Counted from the first letter of the stretch, positions 47,217-56,619 are shown. The stretch: 64,000 nucleotides of DNA from a virus (IMGVR_UViG_3300000239_000003:1862-65861), one strand, 5' to 3'. A program made the numbers and translations. Notes: generated from the sequence alone by a model not told the origin.

Positions 47217-48143
47217 TTAGTCACAAAAAATGGCAAAATTATTAATATTTCTATCAAACTTTATAATAATGTTATCATTTGTTTTTTCAAATTTATAAAA
47301 ATAAGTTGCCCATACATCTTGATTCATTAAATGTAATGAACTATTTTCTATATTAAAACAACCTATAATACCTAATAACATTGCACCATATTTGCCATTA
47401 GGTAAATTATTATTAATTTTCCACTCATAATTTGTTGTAGGATTATGCATGTCAAATTTAATAACATTTCTTAATATAGTAGTCGTTGTTTTTAATGCAG
47501 AACTATATAATTGCATTAATAATCTATGTTTATCAGATTGTTCAGTGATAAATGGTCTAACATTATACTTCTGTTTTCCAAAATTTAGATCAAACAAATC
47601 ACATGTGATGGAATAATTATCATCAATATCTTTAACTCCAGTTTCCATTTCAATGATTTTATTATTATGACTATCTATTATTTCAAACATTTCTGTATCA
47701 GTAAATAAAGCAAATGAGCCTAATAACGTATCAGGTATTAATACAGCATGTCTTGTTGATTCATTGTATTTTATTAATCCATATAATTTACTAAGATCTA
47801 TTCCAAAGAAATTACTTGTTATAAGTTCACTTACTATTACGTCTATCTTGGGTAGTTTATCAATTAATTCTTGATCAAATTCAGCATGAATTATAGTATA
47901 TTTTTCTTCAGGTATATTTGCTTTTTGAAATATTCTTCCTGCCATCTCACAACAATCAATATTATGATCAATCATATATACATGCTTCGCACCAGAATGA
48001 ATAGCAAATAAAGAAAGTACCCCGGATCCAGTTCCTATATCCAAACATATTTTATCATTACAAGAACTTTTTATTTGTTTATAATACCAATTATTCCTGT
48101 GACGATTAGTGAATAACATTTCATGATTATATGTTGTTACCAT
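47217..48143 (-). CDS. SAM-dependent methyltransferase, PRMT/PrmA-like
   Basis: HEML....RNNWY, LDIGTGSGVLSLFA..SGAKHVY, DVIVSEL, LIPD. Confidence 0.75.
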   Translation of the reverse strand: MVTTYNHEMLFTNRHRNNWYYKQIKSSCNDKICLDIGTGSGVLSLFAIHSGAKHVYMIDHNIDCCEMAGRIFQKANIPEEKYTIIHAEFDQELIDKLPKIDVIVSELITSNFFGIDLSKLYGLIKYNESTRHAVLIPDTLLGSFALFTDTEMFEIIDSHNNKIIEMETGVKDIDDNYSITCDLFDLNFGKQKYNVRPFITEQSDKHRLLMQLYSSALKTTTTILRNVIKFDMHNPTTNYEWKINNNLPNGKYGAMLLGIIGCFNIENSSLHLMNQDVWATYFYKFEKTNDNIIIKFDRNINNFAIFCD

Positions 48144-49249
48144 GTTTCAAAAGGTTCTATTCTATAATCTTTATCTACGGCATCTCTTTCTGAATAAAGA
48201 ATTGTATTAACTGTTACAATATATCTTTCATCTGTATGATTTTTTCTAATCCAATGATTTAAGTAGCCAGGCCATATATTCATCATTCCAGATTTGGGTT
48301 GAATCTCAAATTCTTCAATTCGATACTCGTCCATATTATCTGTTCCTATATGATCAAGACCTTTCCTATATGAATGACTAGCTACTATAGCCTGAGTACT
48401 TGGATGCTCAAATACTATTGGAGCTGAATCTTCATCAACATATGGATACCACGCTCCCACAATCACCGCACCAGGATGAAAATGCATTTTAATAGAATCT
48501 AATTTCTTATACGACACAAACCAACTGCTTGATATTAGAACTCTAGGTAAATTAAACTTAACACAGTGCTCATCAAATGCAGTTTGAAAAGTTAACCACA
48601 GTGGGTATAACTCAGGAATTGATAATAATTTTTTATCAGATAATAATTTAGTCATCTCTTGTTTTTCATAATAATCACCCATCATTTCTATAATACGATC
48701 CGTACATACATGTTTTTTGATAAATCTAGTACTAAATGGTATTTTAAAAATCTCTGGATAATTTACTTCTTCTTTATTAAACTTTTCTAACTTTAATACT
48801 TTTCTATATGGATATAATGGCATAGTAAAACTTATTTCAAGTTCAGGATTTTCTGTATGTACTGAACCCACCAAATCTGTGCAACCTATTATTATAATAC
48901 TGTTAGCCGAAATACTACGTATATTAATACAACACGAAAGTTCTGTGTCGGTAAATACAACTCTTATTTTATGTGTGCTTGTTGTATCGCGGTCGTTATG
49001 GTTGTCCAATTCAACTATAAATTTATAACAACTGCTGTCTGCCCCGCTCTCATTTTTAGGAACATCATTTCCTGCTTTAATTCCAGTCCATTCTGGCAAT
49101 AGAGTATTAACCGTCTTCTTAATCTCTCGCACTTCTATGTTCTCTTCGATCAATACATCATCAAAAAATATTGACATTCTTGGATATTGATTATTTTCAA
49201 CACCATATTCTTCCACAAATATTGCAATAATGTTATCTTCTAGCGCCAT
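48137..49249 (-). CDS. fusion: beta-sandwich domain + 2OG-Fe(II) oxygenase (TIGR02466-like)
   Basis: C-terminal SSWF...HFHPGAVIVGAWY...PKSG..NIWPGYLNH...RYIVTVN; N-terminus shares LPxWTG region with 25130..25774. Confidence 0.7.
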   Translation of the reverse strand: MALEDNIIAIFVEEYGVENNQYPRMSIFFDDVLIEENIEVREIKKTVNTLLPEWTGIKAGNDVPKNESGADSSCYKFIVELDNHNDRDTTSTHKIRVVFTDTELSCCINIRSISANSIIIIGCTDLVGSVHTENPELEISFTMPLYPYRKVLKLEKFNKEEVNYPEIFKIPFSTRFIKKHVCTDRIIEMMGDYYEKQEMTKLLSDKKLLSIPELYPLWLTFQTAFDEHCVKFNLPRVLISSSWFVSYKKLDSIKMHFHPGAVIVGAWYPYVDEDSAPIVFEHPSTQAIVASHSYRKGLDHIGTDNMDEYRIEEFEIQPKSGMMNIWPGYLNHWIRKNHTDERYIVTVNTILYSERDAVDKDYRIEPFETW

Positions 49250-49251
49250 AA

Positions 49252-49929
49252 TTATTTCTTTGACCAAACAAAATACATTCTTTCTTTGTAATCGTTTCTC
49301 AAATCTAATACATCTACTTTTAAAAAGTCAGCACAGTTAATTATAAATGTTGGTGTCCATTCATAAAAAGATATCCAACTGGATTCTGTTGGTATATGCG
49401 TTAGTCCTGGGTTTACTCTAAAATATATTTTACCACCAGGCGTTGTTAATTTTACTATATGCTCTAACTCTTTTAATATTTTATCAGTTGATCCAAAGTT
49501 AATTGAACCTAAGCACATAACTACATCAAATGTTTCAGAAGGATGATAATCTAAAATACTTACTTTAATATCTGCGTGACTATTATATGGGTCAATACCT
49601 ATTAGGTTGTCTATTTTACTTTTAAACTCGTTATAGCCACAGCCAACGTCTAACACACTACGTGGTTTTAAACTATTAATCTCATCCACTAATGCTAATC
49701 CACTGTGCTTATATTTTTTAGTTTCAGACTGCCATACATTACTAAAGTATTTTTCCAATACTTTGTCATCAATTTTATTAACTAATTCGCCAGTATTGTC
49801 AAAACTAACATCCTCAACCCATACGTCAAACATACCTTGTATAGACTGCCGTAGTTTGTGATCATCTCGCAAGATTTGAGGAGATGTTTTAAACATATCC
49901 TCTAATGCATTAAGTATTTTTATATTCAT
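49252..49929 (-). CDS. class I SAM-dependent methyltransferase
   Basis: VLDVGCG, IGIDP, FDVVMCLGSINFG, PGGKIYFRVNPG. Confidence 0.85.
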   Translation of the reverse strand: MNIKILNALEDMFKTSPQILRDDHKLRQSIQGMFDVWVEDVSFDNTGELVNKIDDKVLEKYFSNVWQSETKKYKHSGLALVDEINSLKPRSVLDVGCGYNEFKSKIDNLIGIDPYNSHADIKVSILDYHPSETFDVVMCLGSINFGSTDKILKELEHIVKLTTPGGKIYFRVNPGLTHIPTESSWISFYEWTPTFIINCADFLKVDVLDLRNDYKERMYFVWSKK

Positions 49930-50450
49930 TTATCCCACAAATTTTTATCAACTGTTTGTTTTAAATACTTTACTCCAGATGTGCCTCCAGTCCCAGGCTT
50001 ATCCCCTATAATGCGTTCTACAGTTTTCATATGATTAAACTGCCATTTTTTAAACGCATTTTCTACATCGCATAACGCTTCACGTGGAAATAAACTTGTA
50101 TTTGGACAACATTTGCTGGGTAAATCTCTCAATAACTGTTCTACTTCTATATATTGTGTTGATTGTTTGCCTGACGCTGAGCCTAGTGTGCTTCTAAATC
50201 TCTCGTAGTCTTGTGGGGTAAGTGTTGCTATAATGTCCCACAATGTATTTAAGTGATTGAATATTTTGGCAATGCGTTTTAGATCTGGATTAGTAGCAAT
50301 GCTTAATTCGCGTATTAATACTTTAAACCATAATTCGGATGCTTGGTGTGCAACTATAAACATCAGTTCATTGCGATCCGATGTTATTGTGTTTTGTGAA
50401 TTTAATATTGTATCTAGATCTAAATAATCGCCATAATTCATATTACGCAC
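49926..50450 (-). CDS. kynA: miniature tryptophan 2,3-dioxygenase
   Basis: YGDYLDLD.IL..Q, ELMFIVAHQASELWFK, LTPQDY..FR..LGSASG.QS.QY, HMKTVERIIG.KPGTGGTSGVKYL. Confidence 0.85.
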   Translation of the reverse strand: MRNMNYGDYLDLDTILNSQNTITSDRNELMFIVAHQASELWFKVLIRELSIATNPDLKRIAKIFNHLNTLWDIIATLTPQDYERFRSTLGSASGKQSTQYIEVEQLLRDLPSKCCPNTSLFPREALCDVENAFKKWQFNHMKTVERIIGDKPGTGGTSGVKYLKQTVDKNLWDK

Positions 50451-51073
50451 ACTTTAATATCTTCTGCCTTATAACTTTGGTGTACACCTTCTATAGGACA
50501 CTTTATATTTAACAAATTGCACGTATCAAAACTGTCTATCGCATTAAATTTTGCTTTATTAACTGCCATAAATGCTTTAATATTTTTATTTTGTAAAGCA
50601 ATCTCTGCCTTCATCTTTTTCTCGTTTTCATACCATTCATAACTAGGATACGAGATTTCAAATCCGCCTGCCTGCATCCACCAATCATAGCATTTCTTGT
50701 TTGTTCTATACGTCAAAACTATTTTGCTATTAGGCCATTCTGTTTTTATATATTGTAAATTGTGTGCTAATGTGTGGCTTTTAATAATCCTGTATTTGTC
50801 TCTGCGTAAAATACCACTAAATGCTTTATTAAACTCTGCTTCGTTTTGTTTTTTATTGTGCTTATCTATGCTATCAAACCAATTACCAAATTCCATACCT
50901 GGATCAAAATAAGAGCCACTGTGTTTTGCTTTATAATCACTAAGTTGTGGCCCGCCTAAATATTCACGGTGGGGAGCGGCGTCTGTTTGATCTATATCAA
51001 CAGATTCGTATATATGAGCGGCAACACTACTCCAACGTGATCCTGGCGCTCCTACTAAGAAAATATAACTCAT
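50438..51073 (-). CDS. P-loop / sulfotransferase-like protein
   Basis: GAPGSRWSSV, GSYFDPGMEFG, IIKSH, WWMQAGGFEISYPSY. Confidence 0.65.
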   Translation of the reverse strand: MSYIFLVGAPGSRWSSVAAHIYESVDIDQTDAAPHREYLGGPQLSDYKAKHSGSYFDPGMEFGNWFDSIDKHNKKQNEAEFNKAFSGILRRDKYRIIKSHTLAHNLQYIKTEWPNSKIVLTYRTNKKCYDWWMQAGGFEISYPSYEWYENEKKMKAEIALQNKNIKAFMAVNKAKFNAIDSFDTCNLLNIKCPIEGVHQSYKAEDIKVCVI

Positions 51074-51879
51074 ATATTAAATTCATCCTTTATGCTTTGT
51101 GGTGTTACATACAACCACCTACCAATTAGAAGTTTACAAACTTGTATCTGATGTGCTGTTAATTCTCTATTAATAAATTTTTCAATATGTTCCTGCCAAG
51201 TCCCTTCCCATATAGATTCTATAGGAAACATGTTCAATTTATTCTTATAATTATTTAATATATCCGTTATATAAATATTTCTTTCAAAATTTCCAGTGTA
51301 TAAATCTTCATAATTTATTTCACCACACACTTTTTCATCCTCACATAATCTAAGAAATTTATATGGTGTAGTTACAAACAGAACTTTACTTGGATCAAAT
51401 AACAAGTCTGATAATTTAATAATATCCATAATATTATCTCCGTCATATATCCACGGTTCTTCTACTGGTTCGCCAGCGGCTATACCCCATAAAGGGTTGC
51501 TGGCTTGCCGCCGTATTATGTAATTACAGTGATAATATTTTACTCTCATTCTAAAATCTGCTACACTGTATAGTTTAGTATCTTTATTGATAGTTCTTTG
51601 CAATAATTCATGTACATCTTTTTCTAATAAAAAACCATCAAAATGATTTTCATACAAATCATAAAAAGAATTACACAATATTCCTATATCAGGCGGAGTT
51701 AATTCATGATTTTTCCATTCAAGTGGCTTATTTTTTAATGTCAATGGAAATCGATTTAAAGCATCTACCGCATGTGATGGAGATTTGGATTTGCGCTGAT
51801 CATGCGCTAGTTGTAATAACCAGGAAACCAAAAAACCACCAGAGCCACCTTGATAGCGCACTACAAACTTACGTTCCAT
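51070..51879 (-). CDS. hypothetical protein (P-loop-like N-terminus)
   Basis: YQGGSGGFLVSWLL; start trimmed to MERKF behind ATAAATA. Confidence 0.55.
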   Translation of the reverse strand: MERKFVVRYQGGSGGFLVSWLLQLAHDQRKSKSPSHAVDALNRFPLTLKNKPLEWKNHELTPPDIGILCNSFYDLYENHFDGFLLEKDVHELLQRTINKDTKLYSVADFRMRVKYYHCNYIIRRQASNPLWGIAAGEPVEEPWIYDGDNIMDIIKLSDLLFDPSKVLFVTTPYKFLRLCEDEKVCGEINYEDLYTGNFERNIYITDILNNYKNKLNMFPIESIWEGTWQEHIEKFINRELTAHQIQVCKLLIGRWLYVTPQSIKDEFNI

Positions 51880-51926
51880 GTGAATATTTATTCGAAGAGC
51901 ACCCGAACAAATCGTATTAGTGATAT

Positions 51927-52244
51927 TTATATTCCTGTTTGATCGAGTAGTCGCAAATCCTCTGATAACCAATCAATAGGCCGAGCATGCCAGTGTAAAT
52001 GATCTGGAATACTTCGTTGTTTTTTATCTATATAATAATTGCCTGATCCATATTTCTTATCACCAACACATGTTAAAGCATATTCCATCTCATTGTAATC
52101 TTTAACAGGTATAGACATCGTGTGCGATGCCCGCCAAACGACCATAGGCACCACACACGACATGCAATCTAATATGATCCAACGTGGATCATGATCTTCA
52201 TATAAATGAATTATTGTATGCAATTTGCATAATTCACACGTCAT
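51927..52244 (-). CDS. HIT-family protein
   Basis: N-terminal CELC and histidine triad HLHWH. Confidence 0.75.
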   Translation of the reverse strand: MTCELCKLHTIIHLYEDHDPRWIILDCMSCVVPMVVWRASHTMSIPVKDYNEMEYALTCVGDKKYGSGNYYIDKKQRSIPDHLHWHARPIDWLSEDLRLLDQTGI

Positions 52245-52999
52245 TATTCATCTCCGTAAATTCGTAGTACCTCCTCTACAACGACGTGGCGTCTTATATC
52301 TCGGTTATTAAAATGAACCATATCTATATGCCTACATTCATTATACCTCTCAAGTAAATCTTGAAATTCGTATAATCCATTGTCATGGTATCTATCACTT
52401 TGGTCCAAATCTCCTGTAACTACCATACGGGAATCATCACCTATTCTTGTTAATAACATTTTCATTTGATTTCGTGTAGCATTTTGCATCTCATCTGCGA
52501 TAATAAATGCTCTTTTAAATGTTCGTCCTCTCATATATGCTAGTGGAGATATTTCAACAATACCTTCATCTATCATACGTGATATGTTTTTTGGTGAATA
52601 ATACTCTTGAAAGATATCAAAAATTGGGCGTGTCCATGGTTCCATTTTTTGTTGGATAGTGCCGGGTAAGAAGCCATGTTGTTCGTCAACTTCTACTGCT
52701 GGGCGGGTTAGTACAATTTTATCTACCTTGTTTTCTGAGTATGCTTTAAGTGCGGCTAAACATGCTAACATTGTTTTGCCAGTTCCTGCTGGGCCACATG
52801 CAAATACTATCGCATTGGCTGGATTAGTTAATAAGTTGATATAATCTTGTTGATTAAGTGATCTTGCTTTTAGTTTTATGTTTGGTTTTTTTAGTGTGTT
52901 TTTTGGTTTTCCATAATATTTTTCAAATTCAATAATTTTTTCGTCCATATAGTCGTAATGTGTGCTACGGCGTTTAGGACGACTTTTACGTTTTGACAT
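52244..52999 (-). CDS. phoH: PhoH-family ATPase
   Basis: GPAGTGKT, LTRPAV, GFLPG, PLAYMRGRTF, ADEMQN, LTRIG, TGDLDQSD. Confidence 0.95.
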   Translation of the reverse strand: MSKRKSRPKRRSTHYDYMDEKIIEFEKYYGKPKNTLKKPNIKLKARSLNQQDYINLLTNPANAIVFACGPAGTGKTMLACLAALKAYSENKVDKIVLTRPAVEVDEQHGFLPGTIQQKMEPWTRPIFDIFQEYYSPKNISRMIDEGIVEISPLAYMRGRTFKRAFIIADEMQNATRNQMKMLLTRIGDDSRMVVTGDLDQSDRYHDNGLYEFQDLLERYNECRHIDMVHFNNRDIRRHVVVEEVLRIYGDE

Positions 53000-53128
53000 A
53001 AGTCACCTCGCTTGCAAAGTTATTTCACACTCCACATTGTGTGATACAAATATTTAATATTAAACCCATACAATAATAACATCGTAGTTTATTCCAATAA
53101 ATATACAGGCAAGTGTGATTCAATAACG

Positions 53129-53431
53129 ATGACAGATGATGAATATGATGCGGTGTACTCACTGCTGAGAGAAGGACTTAATTCAATTCCGTTTAATCAA
53201 CGTGTGCATTCCGGGTCTTGGAAAGAACTATTAGCACATATCAGTCTTAAGCATACTAATCCAGGAAAGTGTCAAACCTGTGATCACAAGTGTCATGGTT
53301 ATGCTGGTGTAGGCGAACGCGTCAGCGGCCATTGCGGAAGTGATAATTGCGATTGTAAAAATTGTCGCTGTAATTTGTGTCAGCTTAAATACGGTAGAGG
53401 GTTTAGTAATTTAACTATCCCTATAAAATAA
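53129..53431 (+). CDS. small Cys/His-rich protein
   Basis: Nine Cys in the C-terminal half (CQTCDHKCH...HCGSDNCDCKNCRCNLC); AATAAATA upstream; 2 nt before radical SAM gene. Confidence 0.65.
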   Translation: MTDDEYDAVYSLLREGLNSIPFNQRVHSGSWKELLAHISLKHTNPGKCQTCDHKCHGYAGVGERVSGHCGSDNCDCKNCRCNLCQLKYGRGFSNLTIPIK

Positions 53432-53433
53432 TT

Positions 53434-54924
53434 ATGTCAGTATATAACGAAAAAAATAAAAATACTTACTGCCCAGTTCCATGGCGTGAACAAATGGTAG
53501 ATTCTAATGGTGAAATGAGACTATGTTGTATTGCTCAAAATATTATAACAAATGACGATGGTACTAATGTAAATATTTCTACTGATTCTCTAGAAAAAGT
53601 ATGGAATAACAAGTACATGCAAGATGTTAGAACAGCAATGTTAGATGGTGTAAAAATTGACGCGTGTCATAATTGTTATAAGCATGAAGAAGATAGTGGA
53701 TACAGTAATAGATTAAATGAACTTGAAGATATTCAAAATATAAGCGCAGGTGTTAAAAGGCTGAAGGAATATGATCATTACACAGCAGACTTCCCAAGTG
53801 ATATTATCACAGATTTAAGACCTGATATTTATGATATACGATTTGGTAATTTATGTAATCTTAAATGTATTAGTTGTAGTCCAAATTATAGTTCAGAATG
53901 GTATGAAGAAGTTAGAAAATCTCATAATACTATGCAAATAGAGTTTGATGGTAATAAAGAACAAATAGATGCTGAATTCAAAAAATTAGGTGATTGGGGG
54001 AATTTTGATCATGGTACGGCATGGGATGACTCGGAAGTAAATCGTATTATTGTTAATAACAAGAGTGGTACTTTTGAATGGGTAAATAATACCAAAGTAT
54101 TTGAAAACATATTAGAACAAATACTTAAATCAGATACTAAAAGAATATATATCACTGGTGGTGAGCCAACGATAACACAAGGCAATTATAAATTATTACA
54201 AGCACTAGTAGATAATAACGTAGCTAAAAATATACAAGTGTGGTGTAATACAAATTGTACAAATGCCAATCTAAAATTTTATAATTTATTAGCACATTTT
54301 GGTGATGTTAATTTAATGTTAAGTATAGACGGAGTAAGTGATGCGTTTGATTATATCAGATACCCAGGAAAATGGACACAAATAGAAAAGAATATTAAAA
54401 AAATTGTTGACTTTGTTAATGAAAATAAACTAAAACATTGGAATGTATCATTAGTACCAGTTATACAATTTTTAAATTTATTTGATTTAGAAAACTTAAT
54501 CGAATACTATTACAGAATGCTTTTATTAAGTGATTATGGTCCAAAACAAATTCGATTTATGCCAATAACTTTAGATGGACCACGATATTACCGTATTCAA
54601 AATGCTGAATTGTCTGTTAGACTAGAAATAAATGAACGTCTACAATCAAAATATTGTAGCAAAGAAATAATAACAGACCGTGTTTGGCCTGAAATTAAAT
54701 CGGGCGAAATAGACATTTATGATACAGTATCACAACCATTACTAGAATGGCTTAGAATTTTAAATCTTACATTAAAACAAGAAGCAAATGATGAAGAAAG
54801 AGATAATATTCCTGACTATAGAAAACAAATATTAGCGAATCACGAGTTTTATAAGAAATATAGAAAAATCAGCCATTTAGAAACATGGTTTACTGATACA
54901 TATAACAAACTTACCATATCATAA
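53434..54924 (+). CDS. radical SAM protein with N-terminal twitch/SPASM-like domain
   Basis: CPVPW...LCC...CHNC; GNLCNLKCISC; TGGEP; NTN; SIDG...YIRYP. Confidence 0.9.
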   Translation: MSVYNEKNKNTYCPVPWREQMVDSNGEMRLCCIAQNIITNDDGTNVNISTDSLEKVWNNKYMQDVRTAMLDGVKIDACHNCYKHEEDSGYSNRLNELEDIQNISAGVKRLKEYDHYTADFPSDIITDLRPDIYDIRFGNLCNLKCISCSPNYSSEWYEEVRKSHNTMQIEFDGNKEQIDAEFKKLGDWGNFDHGTAWDDSEVNRIIVNNKSGTFEWVNNTKVFENILEQILKSDTKRIYITGGEPTITQGNYKLLQALVDNNVAKNIQVWCNTNCTNANLKFYNLLAHFGDVNLMLSIDGVSDAFDYIRYPGKWTQIEKNIKKIVDFVNENKLKHWNVSLVPVIQFLNLFDLENLIEYYYRMLLLSDYGPKQIRFMPITLDGPRYYRIQNAELSVRLEINERLQSKYCSKEIITDRVWPEIKSGEIDIYDTVSQPLLEWLRILNLTLKQEANDEERDNIPDYRKQILANHEFYKKYRKISHLETWFTDTYNKLTIS

Positions 54925-54961
54925 TATACATAAAGTAAATAAATACGTCGGGAGATGAAAT

Positions 54962-55378
54962 ATGGCGGATAATTCTATGAATCGTCGCTCTAGCGACAAT
55001 TCTATAAACAAGGGACTTATACTATCAATGGCAGTGGCCTTTTTAGTTCAAGCAGGTGGATTCATTTGGTGGATGTCTGGATTAAATTCAGAAGTAACAC
55101 GACTTGCAAGTATACAAGGTCAAGCAATACCTGCATTGGAAGCAGAGGCACAGAAATGTGGAATCGCGATTCATAACAATATACAAGCAATTAAAGACAT
55201 ACAAGAAAACGAAGAGGCCATTTCAGGACTAGACGTTTTAGGCTTTAAAGTTGATCAACTCAGAGAAGAAATTAGAACATTACGTGAAGTTGATCGAGAA
55301 ATTATGAAACAACATGAAAAGATATTTGAGTGGATGGCACAGAATAGTAGTAGCCGTGGTAGTGGTGGTTATAATTAA
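54962..55378 (+). CDS. membrane-anchored coiled-coil protein
   Basis: N-terminal TM (AFLVQAGGFIWW) then heptads; ATAAATA and GGAG upstream. Confidence 0.65.
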   Translation: MADNSMNRRSSDNSINKGLILSMAVAFLVQAGGFIWWMSGLNSEVTRLASIQGQAIPALEAEAQKCGIAIHNNIQAIKDIQENEEAISGLDVLGFKVDQLREEIRTLREVDREIMKQHEKIFEWMAQNSSSRGSGGYN

Positions 55379-56298
55379 GAGTTAATTTGAGATAACTCTA
55401 CAAGTGTTGCACTTAAATTAATCTCTGGATCAGCGGCTAATGTGTGATTAACTAATCCCTTACGTATAATTAAAATTGCTTTATCCGTGCCGTCAGGATT
55501 ATCTGACCACAACTCCAAATTATCATACATCCAACGATACATGTCGTCAATCTCATCTGGGCGTATTTGCTTACACAATAATTCACGTGCCTCTCTATAC
55601 TGACCTTTTTTAACTAACTCTACCATATCAATTTTATAGTCACTAATGCCAGCATCTTCACTATGCGGAGATACAAGTTTGCCTGTAGTGCTATTCATTT
55701 GTAGTAAGTTAATACACTTACGCAAATCTGGATAAGTTGCTTTTACATAATTGTCTAACACATCAAGTTCAAACTCAACGCTTTCCTCCAACATTATGTG
55801 TGCTACTCTCGCAGTAAACTCTGTTGGATCAATTTTATCAATGTGAAAGCCTTGACATCTACTGTGTAATGCTGGAATAACTTTATGTGGATAATTACAA
55901 GTTAAAATAAAACGTGCTGTGTCGTGATATGTTTCCATAACACCACGCAATGCCGCCTGTCCGTTGGGAGACATATAGTCTGCCTCATCAAGCAATACAA
56001 TTTTAAATTCACCAAATGGCAATGTGCTAACAAAGCCTGTTACTTTATCTCTAATACTATCTACAGAGTTTTCCCTACTAGCATTAATCTCTAGCATATC
56101 ATATTGGTCAATGTCAAGTGCTGTAATTAGTATTTTTGCCAACGTTGTTTTGCCAACACCAGCCGCGCCACTAAACAATAAATGTGGGATTGCCCCACTT
56201 TTAATCCAACCCTTAACTTGTTTTCGTTGACTTTCATCACGAAATACATAAGAGTCTATGTCAGTTGGCCTGTATTGTTCAGTCCACAGTTTTTTCAT
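55375..56298 (-). CDS. clamp loader AAA+ subunit (RFC small / gp44-like)
   Basis: LWTEQYRP, GAAGVGKTT, INAS, LDEAD, ALHSRC, PDLRK. Confidence 0.93.
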   Translation of the reverse strand: MKKLWTEQYRPTDIDSYVFRDESQRKQVKGWIKSGAIPHLLFSGAAGVGKTTLAKILITALDIDQYDMLEINASRENSVDSIRDKVTGFVSTLPFGEFKIVLLDEADYMSPNGQAALRGVMETYHDTARFILTCNYPHKVIPALHSRCQGFHIDKIDPTEFTARVAHIMLEESVEFELDVLDNYVKATYPDLRKCINLLQMNSTTGKLVSPHSEDAGISDYKIDMVELVKKGQYREARELLCKQIRPDEIDDMYRWMYDNLELWSDNPDGTDKAILIIRKGLVNHTLAADPEINLSATLVELSQINS

Positions 56299-56584
56299 TA
56301 GTGCCTAGGAATTTGTCTATGTGATCTTTGTAATTTTGATAATAATAATCAAAGAGAAAGTCATAATCGTCTGATATATCATGTATCTTGCTACGCCGCA
56401 ATATCTTTTTGTTTTCTAAATCTAATACAACGGTAGCACTAATAAAATCTTTATCTCGTAATTTATTTGTTATGCTTACCTTCTCATCATATACTAGGTT
56501 TTCTTTAAGATAACCTTTCTTTGACGTTTGACTAGGATCTGCTGGTTTCCCTGCATATTGAATTACTAAAAATTTACCTTTCAT
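56279..56584 (-). CDS. conserved phage hypothetical protein
   Basis: 101 aa behind a consensus promoter, overlaps clamp loader start. Confidence 0.6.
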   Translation of the reverse strand: MKGKFLVIQYAGKPADPSQTSKKGYLKENLVYDEKVSITNKLRDKDFISATVVLDLENKKILRRSKIHDISDDYDFLFDYYYQNYKDHIDKFLGTNEKTVD

Positions 56585-56590
56585 ATGCTT

Positions 56591-56619
56591 ATTATACTAC
56601 TCATCTAGGCATTTGTCAA
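56591..56619 (-). promoter_or_regulatory. consensus sigma70 promoter (probably leaderless)
   Basis: TTGACA-N17-TATAAT; ATG after a 6-nt spacer. Confidence 0.85.

Noticed and set aside
35724-50450. Possibility that the metabolic genes are contaminating bacterial chromosome
   Set aside because: They are interleaved and overlapped with phage lysis and structural genes and share the same late-promoter motif and AT-rich composition
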